Of a stretch of DNA of 32,000 nucleotides, positions 25,337-32,000 are shown piece after piece (within the stretch, counting starts at the first letter, position 1; every line of letters starts with the position of its first letter). The DNA lies in NCBI RefSeq assembly GCF_000621645.1, contig NZ_KK211323.1:154947-186946 (forward strand), read 5' to 3'. A program made the translations under genes and the position numbers. The notes under the pieces were generated by a model. The model was given only the letters and a program-made list of their open reading frames with translations. It did no database searches and had not been told where the DNA came from. This DNA is from Vibrio cholerae ATCC 14035. GTDB taxonomy: Bacteria > Pseudomonadota > Gammaproteobacteria > Enterobacterales > Vibrionaceae.

Positions 25337-26680
25337 ATGCAAATGGATAACATGCACGATGAGAAGTTAAACGTCCTGTTACTTGATGATGAAAACGATA
25401 TTTTGAAAGCGCTTAACCGTGTGTTGCGGATGGATTACAACGTAGTGACCTTCGATAACGGCGCTGATGCGTTGGAATATCTGCAGGAAAACCCAATCCA
25501 CATCATCATCTCGGATATGCGTATGCCAGAGATGGATGGTGCAGATTTTCTTGCCAAAGCGCGAGAAATGCAGCCGGATACGGTGCGTTTGCTGCTCACC
25601 GGATATGCGGATATTCAATCGACAGTACGTGCGGTTAACGCAGGAGGGATTCATACCTACATCAGCAAACCTTGGGACAACGAAAACCTCAAGCTCATTG
25701 TAGGAAAAGCCGCCGAGTTTTATCGCTTAAGTCGGGATAAAGAGCGCCTGACTATTGAATTGGAAGAACGCAATAAAGAACTGGAAGTTGCGAATCAGGC
25801 ATTAGCTGAGAATAACCATAAACTTGCGCAATTTAATCAAGAATTGGAGGCGAAAGTACAAGAGCGTACCGTCGCCTTACAAGAGAGTAACAAGCGCTTA
25901 GAATCCTTGCTTGCTTCACGCAATAAAACGTTTAAAGATATTTTGGCTATGGTGACCGCGATTATCCAGCATCGTACGGGGTTCCCTGCGGATCATGCAG
26001 AGCGGATCGCAAATCAGGCCAAATCGGTCGCTCTTAAACTGAAATTATCAGAGGCCGTTGCCAGCCATGTTTATTTATGTGGGCTTATGCATCAAATCGG
26101 CCTGATTGCTGAAACCAGTAATGACTGGAAAGTGGTCAAGGTGCATCAGGATTCGGAGATCCCCATTACCCCGAACGTGAATCCGATTTTGGGTGCAGAA
26201 ATTGTGGGCCGAATTAAGCGCTTTGAACCGCTGATGGAAATTATCCGTCATCAAGATGAGCTGTATGATGGTACAGGGAAGCCGGATCATTTACGTGGTG
26301 AGCAAATTCCGATTGGTGCGCGGATCATAAAAGTCGTCAAAGATTATGACTTCTTAGTTGCGGGGGCGAATAACCCAAGACGCATGCACACCAAAAGTGC
26401 GCAAGGCTATCTGCGTCAGCAGTCCGAAGTCTATTACGATCCTAAAGTCGTGGAAGCCTTTATTACGATTGTGAGTGCAGTGACTCGAATTGAAGAGGGT
26501 ATGGAACTGTGTGTCAGCCTGAGCGAAGTGCGTCCGGGCATGGTTATCAAACGTGATATCTATCTACCCAACGGCAATTTAATGCTGACGGCTGGCAACG
26601 CAATGAGTGAGCCTTTATTACGTAAACTCAAAGAGTTAGAACAAGAGATGAATATGCCGATCCCTGTTTATATAGGATAA
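25337..26680 (+). CDS. Response regulator, REC + coiled coil + degenerate HD-GYP domain + short C-terminal module
   Basis: REC has LLLDDEND, IIISDMRMPEMDG (Asp60) and ISKPWD. The HD-GYP-like region has HQ for HD (LMHQIGL), HQD for HHE and GKP for GYP (RHQDELYDGTGKPDHLRGEQIPIGARI). Confidence 0.88.
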   Translation: MQMDNMHDEKLNVLLLDDENDILKALNRVLRMDYNVVTFDNGADALEYLQENPIHIIISDMRMPEMDGADFLAKAREMQPDTVRLLLTGYADIQSTVRAVNAGGIHTYISKPWDNENLKLIVGKAAEFYRLSRDKERLTIELEERNKELEVANQALAENNHKLAQFNQELEAKVQERTVALQESNKRLESLLASRNKTFKDILAMVTAIIQHRTGFPADHAERIANQAKSVALKLKLSEAVASHVYLCGLMHQIGLIAETSNDWKVVKVHQDSEIPITPNVNPILGAEIVGRIKRFEPLMEIIRHQDELYDGTGKPDHLRGEQIPIGARIIKVVKDYDFLVAGANNPRRMHTKSAQGYLRQQSEVYYDPKVVEAFITIVSAVTRIEEGMELCVSLSEVRPGMVIKRDIYLPNGNLMLTAGNAMSEPLLRKLKELEQEMNMPIPVYIG

Positions 26681-26716
26681 GGGCATAGGATAAAGAGATA
26701 AGAATTAGTCAGGTCG

Positions 26717-28336
26717 TTACGGTTTGTTGGGGGCTAACGGTAGGGGGGCTAACGGTAGAGTAATTAACACTCGGGTGCCTTGTCCTAGTTCACTAAAGAG
26801 TTGTATGTCGCCATCGTATTTTTTGATGCTGCTGTAGGCCTCGGTTAAACCGAGGCCTACGCCTTTACCCACATCATGAGTGGTAAAGAAGGGGTCAAAA
26901 GCGTGCTGTTTTTCTTCGATACTCATACCGCGACCAAAATCGCGCACCTCAATTTCTAACTGTTGATGATCATGACGCAGCGAAAGTTCGATACGGATCA
27001 TTGGGTCATCGGAGGCGTAAGCTTGATAGGCGTTATTTAAAATCGCACTCAACGCGGTCACGAAATCGTTGCTGTAGCAATAAATCAACGGTGGATAGAG
27101 GGTTTGTTCTTTCCAGACTACCCACTCTCGTAATCCGCAAATTTGAATGGCTTGTTCCACTAAGCTGAGTGGAGAAACCCAACTGCTGTCATGGAGCGCG
27201 GGTTCGGCTTGGCAACGCTGAACTTTATCGACAATCGTTTTTATTCGGTCAACACAGTGCAGCGCATCCCTAAGGCTTTCCTCAATCCCTGAAAAACTCT
27301 CTTCGAGATAAAGCGCATTTTTGGTTTGGGTGAACTTGCCATGAAAATCACTTCCGCTTAGCAGAATATCAATCTGTTCAAATCCCACCTTAAGTTGATT
27401 AAAGTCTTGTTGGAGTAGCTGCAAGTGGCTTTTCAGTGCGCCATTAGGGTTGTTAATCTCATGAGCAAAGCCTGCAGCCAGTGTACCAATCGAAATCATT
27501 TTCTCGGTTTCAACCAGCTTATCTTTCATTAAAGTGAGCTTAGTATTCATCTCTTCCAGTTGCTGATTTTTTGCGAGTAGGGTTTCCGTACGCTGGTTAA
27601 CCTTATCTTCAAGCTCCAAATTCCACTGCTCAAGTTGATGTTGGTAATCTCGCATGGTCGCTTCTGAATGGCGCAGCGATTGCACCATTTGTTGAAAAGA
27701 GTGGGCGACGCGACTGATTTCATCATGACCTTGGATTTCAAGCAGGACTTCACGATTGCCGAAGGTGATTTGATCGGTTGCGGTTTTGAGTTCCGTTAAA
27801 CGTCGGGTTAAGGCATTCCCCAACAAGTAAGAGAACAGGGCGACTAAGCCCATTTCCCCTAGCACAATCAGTAGTGTCCATTTACGGGCGTGAGCGAGTT
27901 GTTGCTCGAGATAAGAGAGATCAAAGCCGATAAATACGGTACCAAACAGAGTGCCGCTCACCTCAATAACATCGGTGATGGGATAGATGGATTGGAGTTT
28001 AGAAAAATCTTGATCGTTAATCGTATGGTAAGCCTCGAATAAATCGCGGTTGCCTTTAAAGGTTAAGAGTTTTCCATGGGGATTTTCGACCGCGACATAG
28101 ACGATGTCTTGATTGGACATCATTAACGTGGCGGCAGAATCGATACTGGCCAGATCGTAAGCCAGTACTGGATTTTTCACCATAGTGGCAAATAGAGCAA
28201 TGGTCGTTTGGGCGCGCTTTTGTAATCCATCATAGTTGGTGGACTCAAGATAGCTTAGGGTGAAGGTGATCAAAATCGTCAGCAACAAAGCTTCGATCAA
28301 CGCCACACCAAGCATGGTCTTTAAGCGTATCGACAT
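26717..28336 (-). CDS. Membrane sensor histidine kinase (TM - periplasmic domain - TM - HAMP - coiled coil - HisKA - HATPase)
   Basis: 539 aa. TM1 LGVALIEALLLTILITFTL, periplasmic segment of about 130 aa, TM2 WTLLIVLGEMGLVALFSYLLG, HAMP. H-box TEKMISIGTLAAGFAHEINNPNGA. N-box ILNNAYQAY, DFGRGM, FDPFFTT, GVGLGL. Confidence 0.9.
   Translation of the reverse strand: MSIRLKTMLGVALIEALLLTILITFTLSYLESTNYDGLQKRAQTTIALFATMVKNPVLAYDLASIDSAATLMMSNQDIVYVAVENPHGKLLTFKGNRDLFEAYHTINDQDFSKLQSIYPITDVIEVSGTLFGTVFIGFDLSYLEQQLAHARKWTLLIVLGEMGLVALFSYLLGNALTRRLTELKTATDQITFGNREVLLEIQGHDEISRVAHSFQQMVQSLRHSEATMRDYQHQLEQWNLELEDKVNQRTETLLAKNQQLEEMNTKLTLMKDKLVETEKMISIGTLAAGFAHEINNPNGALKSHLQLLQQDFNQLKVGFEQIDILLSGSDFHGKFTQTKNALYLEESFSGIEESLRDALHCVDRIKTIVDKVQRCQAEPALHDSSWVSPLSLVEQAIQICGLREWVVWKEQTLYPPLIYCYSNDFVTALSAILNNAYQAYASDDPMIRIELSLRHDHQQLEIEVRDFGRGMSIEEKQHAFDPFFTTHDVGKGVGLGLTEAYSSIKKYDGDIQLFSELGQGTRVLITLPLAPLPLAPNKP
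26729..26758. repeat. Perfect 15-bp tandem duplication at the 3' end of the HAMP kinase gene
   Basis: GGGGGCTAACGGTAG (26729..26743) is repeated exactly at 26744..26758. It is in frame and encodes LPLAP-LPLAP in the C-terminal tail ...TLPLAPLPLAPNKP. Confidence 0.95.
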
Positions 28337-28339
28337 CGC

Positions 28340-29152
28340 TTATTCCTTAAGCAGATGAGAGAGGGTTTGGATATCTAATTCACGGATGTCGTCCCAATCA
28401 CTGTCTCGAGCGGCTTCAATGCCGGAAAACCCAATCGCCTTAAGCTGCAAACGGCCTTTCTCGGTCTGATCAAGGTTGACTAATGCATTTTGCACAGCGG
28501 ACACCTGATCTGAGTGCAATCTTGGATGATAGGCGAAAGCGTGCGGCGTAAAGCTGGGGCTTTCCCACAATATTCTGAGTTGGCTGGTGATGGCCTTTGG
28601 GGCATTGTTAAACGTGCGTTTAATACCACCACCTGCGACAAAAAAGCCATTCGCCACATTCAAGTAAACGGAATCGTGTGAGGAGACATATTGAGACTCA
28701 ATATTTATCCCTTCTTTTTTTAACAGCGCTTGAGGAATGATGGTGGCAGCAAAGGCCGCAGGAGAGGGAAAGGCGAGACTTTTTCCATCGAGATCTTGTA
28801 TGGACTTTATCGGGTTCTCTTGGGCAACCACTATGATGCCTTGTAGCTTTTGATCTTTTTGCTTGGCCAGCGCGACATACCCCGGCTGTTGATGAAAGAA
28901 GGTGTAGTGATAAGGATTCATGTACACCAAATCATACTCGCCATTTAGCACTCGCTGTTCAAATTCAGGAATAGTCGACGCGGTATGAAACTCAATAGAG
29001 AAGCCTGTCGTTTCAGAAAGATTTTCCAGAATCGGCACCCAACGCTTCGCTAATTCTTCAGGGGATTGTTGTGGGACGACGCCAAAAGAGAGGGGGGAGG
29101 CCCAAGTAAATGATGAAACACACCAGATGAATATAAACCAACCGTAGCGCAT
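28340..29152 (-). CDS. Orphan periplasmic substrate-binding protein, PhnD (phosphate/phosphonate-binding) family
   Basis: 270 aa. Signal peptide MRYGWFIFIWCVSSFTWA. PhnD-like LSFGVVPQQSPEELAKRWVPILENLSETTG...YDLVYMNPYHY...GKSLAFPSPAAFAATIIP. Its stop is 3 nt from the kinase start. No permease or ATPase genes are nearby. Confidence 0.8.
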   Translation of the reverse strand: MRYGWFIFIWCVSSFTWASPLSFGVVPQQSPEELAKRWVPILENLSETTGFSIEFHTASTIPEFEQRVLNGEYDLVYMNPYHYTFFHQQPGYVALAKQKDQKLQGIIVVAQENPIKSIQDLDGKSLAFPSPAAFAATIIPQALLKKEGINIESQYVSSHDSVYLNVANGFFVAGGGIKRTFNNAPKAITSQLRILWESPSFTPHAFAYHPRLHSDQVSAVQNALVNLDQTEKGRLQLKAIGFSGIEAARDSDWDDIRELDIQTLSHLLKE

Positions 29153-29695
29153 AAAGTTACCTTTGGGTTTCTAATACTAATGGGGTAAGTATAGAAAATG
29201 GTTGATCAGCTTGGTGATTATTTTCTGGTAAAGAAAAGTGATGAATAAGTGTTGCTCTATCTGTTCAGCAAAATTTACGTTTTTACTCAATACAGATTGA
29301 TAGGCTTGAAGGAGGCTCAAAATCCGTCGTCTTATACCAAACGATTGCTTGAAACGTAGGTTTGATATTGCTCACGTTTTTGTGTTGTGAGATAGCGCAT
29401 TGTCATTAAGAGTTGGTGTTTTTGTGTACAAAATGTTAAATAGATCAGAGTTATCTAGCATAATGCGCTGTACATTGAGGGCGCACTAGATAATCTGGCA
29501 CATTGTCTGTTTAGGCCAGCTTCCACGCTCTAATCCGCTAGAGATAATCATGAGTGGTGAAGTTTTTTACTAATGTCTGAGAAAACCAAAGAGGATAGTC
29601 TGTTTTTAAGACATTTTTATGGCAAATTAATTCAATGATTGCTAATGTGTGCCGCAATCCCTGTCAGGTGTAAGTTGTTTTTGTTTAAAACTTAT

Positions 29696-29715
29696 ACGAC
29701 AAACGACAACAATCA
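29696..29715 (+). promoter_or_regulatory. C/A-rich element in the oppA leader (candidate sRNA target / translational enhancer)
   Basis: ACGACAA-ACGACAA tandem heptamer followed by CAATCA (29696..29715), 60-80 nt upstream of the oppA ATG. It is preceded by a complementary GU-rich tract GTTGTTTTTGTTT (29674..29686). Confidence 0.3.
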
Positions 29716-29775
29716 GCCGTTCTGAATACCTGACATGGAAGTCATGGATGCAATACTAAAACTTGGAGTTTATGC

Positions 29776-31407
29776 ATGTATAAGAACAAAATCACCCAGG
29801 CACTGCTGTTAGGTGCTGGTTTAGCGGTGGCTACCACGTCATTCACCTCTTTTGCAGCGAATGTTCCTGCTGGTACCAAACTTGCTCCTGTTCAAGAGCT
29901 GGTTCGTGGTAACGGTACTGAAGTCGCGTCTCTTGATCCGCACAAAACGGAAGGTGTTCCTGAGTCCAACGTGATTCGTGATCTGTTAGAAGGTCTGGTA
30001 AACCAAGACGCTAACGGTAACGTGGTTCCGGGTGTCGCTGAAAGCTGGGAAACGACAGACAACAAAACCTTTACTTTCCATATTCGTAAAGATGCGAAAT
30101 GGTCTAACGGTGACCCTGTTACTGCACACGATTTCGTCTACAGCTTCCAACGTGCTGTCGATCCTGCAACCGCTTCTCCTTACTCTTGGTATATGGAATA
30201 CACCAAGATGAAGAATGCGAAAGAAATCATTGCCGGAGAGAAAGACAAATCAACACTGGGCGCGAAAGCAGTTGATGATCATACTCTGGTTTTTGAGTTG
30301 GAGACTGCCGTTCCTTACTTCGTGATGATGATGGGTCACACAACGGTGAAACCGATTCACAAAGCGACAGTAGAAAAATTTGGTGATCAGTGGACCAAAC
30401 CTGAAAACTTTGTCGGTAACGGTGCTTACGTTCTCGACAAGTGGGTGGTTAACGAGCGTTTAGAGCTCAAGCGTAACCCTCAATACTGGGACGACAAAAA
30501 TACTGTTCTGAATAAAGTGACTTATCTGCCAATCGAAAACCAAGTGGCAGAGATGAACCGTTTCCTATCGGGCGAAATTCAGATCACGAACGAACTGCCA
30601 CTTGAGCACTTCAAACGTCTGAAAAAAGAGCATCCAGAATCTGTTCAAGTGCAAGGCCAACTCTGTACTTATTACTACGGCTTCAATAACAAAAAGCCAC
30701 CATTTGACGATGTTCGCGTACGTAAAGCCCTTTCTTACGCGATTGACCGTGATGTGGTTTCTGATGCGATTCTAGGCCAAGGCCAAAAACCGGCTTACTT
30801 CCTGACTCCGGAAATCACCGCAGGATTTAGCCCAGAAATGCCAGCTTACGGCAAAATGACTCAGAAAGAGCGTATTGCAGAAGCGAAGAAATTGCTGGAA
30901 GAAGCGGGTTACAACAAATCTAACCCTCTGAAATTCACTCTGCTGTACAACACCTCAGAAAACCACAAGAAGATTGCAACTGCGATCCAATCTATGTGGA
31001 AAACTTCTCTGGGCGTTGATATCGCACTGGAAAACCAAGAGTGGAAAACCTACCTAGATACTCGTCGTCAAGGCAACTTTGATGTGACTCGTGCGGGATG
31101 GTGTGGTGACTACAACGAAGCGTCTTCTTTCTTGACTCTGATGTTGTCGAGCAACACTTCAAACGATCCGCAGTACCACAGTGCTGAATACGACGCCGTG
31201 ATTGAAAAAGCGAAAACGTCAACTTCTGAAGAAGAGCGTCAAAAACTCTATGCGGATGCAGAGAAGTTGTTGGCTCGTGATATGCCAATCGCGCCAATCT
31301 ACCAATACGTAAGATCGCGTCTTGTTTCTCCAACCGTCGGTGGCTACCCATCGAATAACGCGGAAGACAAGATCTACGCCAAAGATCTTTACATCAAAGC
31401 TCAATAA
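29776..31407 (+). CDS. oppA: Oligopeptide ABC transporter periplasmic substrate-binding protein
   Basis: 543 aa. Signal peptide MYKNKITQALLLGAGLAVATTSFTSFA. SBP family 5 signature region VAESWETTDNKTFTFHIRKDAKWSNGDPVTAHDFVYSF. Followed by oppB. Confidence 0.93.
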   Translation: MYKNKITQALLLGAGLAVATTSFTSFAANVPAGTKLAPVQELVRGNGTEVASLDPHKTEGVPESNVIRDLLEGLVNQDANGNVVPGVAESWETTDNKTFTFHIRKDAKWSNGDPVTAHDFVYSFQRAVDPATASPYSWYMEYTKMKNAKEIIAGEKDKSTLGAKAVDDHTLVFELETAVPYFVMMMGHTTVKPIHKATVEKFGDQWTKPENFVGNGAYVLDKWVVNERLELKRNPQYWDDKNTVLNKVTYLPIENQVAEMNRFLSGEIQITNELPLEHFKRLKKEHPESVQVQGQLCTYYYGFNNKKPPFDDVRVRKALSYAIDRDVVSDAILGQGQKPAYFLTPEITAGFSPEMPAYGKMTQKERIAEAKKLLEEAGYNKSNPLKFTLLYNTSENHKKIATAIQSMWKTSLGVDIALENQEWKTYLDTRRQGNFDVTRAGWCGDYNEASSFLTLMLSSNTSNDPQYHSAEYDAVIEKAKTSTSEEERQKLYADAEKLLARDMPIAPIYQYVRSRLVSPTVGGYPSNNAEDKIYAKDLYIKAQ

Positions 31408-31430
31408 TAGAGCCATATTCCTAACGAGTT

Positions 31431-31456
31431 GAAGTTGCAGTGATGACTGCAACTTC
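31431..31456 (+). other. Stable hairpin 1 in the oppA-oppB intergenic region
   Basis: GAAGTTGCAG-TGATGA-CTGCAACTTC is a perfect 10-bp stem. No following U-run. Confidence 0.7.
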
Positions 31457-31491
31457 ATTCGTCGGGGACAAAACTATAAATAACGTAGACG

Positions 31492-31514
31492 CTGCATGTG
31501 AAATTCACGTGCAG
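31492..31514 (+). other. Hairpin 2 in the oppA-oppB intergenic region
   Basis: CTGCATGTG-AAATT-CACGTGCAG forms a 9-bp stem with one G-U pair. Confidence 0.6.
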
Positions 31515-31555
31515 GGTCTTTGCATTTCCTTGTCACAGATTGAAAGAGTGAGCTT

Positions 31556-32000
31556 ATGCTTAAATTCATAGCAAAAAGGATATTTGAAGCAATTCCAACG
31601 ATGTTGGTGTTGATTACTATATCTTTCTTTCTTATGCGCTACGCGCCAGGTAACCCATTCTCTTCAGAACGCCCTCTGCCGCCAGAAGTGATGGCCAACA
31701 TCAATGCCAAATATGGCCTAGATAAACCCGTTTCTGAACAGTATTTAACCTATTTGACCAACATTGTTCAGGGTGATTTTGGCCCATCGTTTAAGTACAA
31801 AGACTATACGGTGAATGAGCTTATCGCCAGTGCACTGCCTGTTTCCGTGAAAATTGGTCTCGCCGCATTTGTGTTTACTGTGATCATGGGGGTAACGGTC
31901 GGAACCATTGCCGCCCTGAAGCAGAATACGTGGATAGACTACACCATCATGTCGACCGCCATGTTAGGGGTGGTGATGCCCTCGTTCGTGTTAGCGCCAG
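31556..32000 (+). CDS. oppB: Oligopeptide ABC transporter permease (5' part; continues beyond the window)
   Basis: Not in the ORF track (open at the window end). From ATG 31556 I read MLKFIAKRIFEAIPTMLVLITISFFLMRYAPGNPFSSERPLPPEVMANINAKYGLDKP...GDFGPSFKYKDYTVNELI, the canonical OppB/DppB N-terminus. Confidence 0.9.
   Translation, partial: MLKFIAKRIFEAIPTMLVLITISFFLMRYAPGNPFSSERPLPPEVMANINAKYGLDKPVSEQYLTYLTNIVQGDFGPSFKYKDYTVNELIASALPVSVKIGLAAFVFTVIMGVTVGTIAALKQNTWIDYTIMSTAMLGVVMPSFVLAP

Noticed and set aside
1-32000. CRISPR arrays, tRNA/rRNA genes, IS elements, toxin-antitoxin or known phage-defence cassettes
   Set aside because: No regularly spaced repeats, no cloverleaf-like or rRNA-like sequence, and no transposase, integrase or nuclease-type ORFs were seen on either strand.

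Overview
This is 32 kb of gammaproteobacterial chromosome. I recognise it as Vibrio cholerae chromosome 1, roughly the VC1061-VC1092 neighbourhood; locus tags are from memory and unverified. It holds about 30 protein genes and one SRP RNA. I saw no transposase, integrase, CRISPR array or prophage genes. Left third: a partial CdsH-like PLP enzyme divergent from a DecR/YbaO-like Lrp regulator, the tesB-ybaY-atl synteny block, an unknown polytopic membrane protein, the tandem-SBP diguanylate cyclase CdgH, and ffs (4.5S RNA). Middle: an arsR / GAPDH / HCX5R-phosphatase / arsJ arsenate operon, then a 590-bp AT-rich gap, then a large multidomain GH18 chitinase interrupted by a single in-frame TAG (TGG to TAG). 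After that come a CPBP protease, a periplasmic PEBP + AraC pair, an orphan membrane protein and a long-form Sua5/TsaC. Right third, the most interesting part: a tightly coupled 8-gene operon encoding Hpt, REC-HDOD, a CheY-like REC, a CheC-like phosphatase, a PAS kinase, a second kinase, REC-(vestigial GGDEF)-EAL and REC-(degenerate) HD-GYP. It faces a convergent 2-gene operon encoding an orphan PhnD-like periplasmic binding protein and a HAMP sensor kinase. I know of no described function for this module as a system. The window ends with oppA and the 5' part of oppB. All calls rest on reading the sequence and recognising motifs; no database search, HMM scan or folding program was available.
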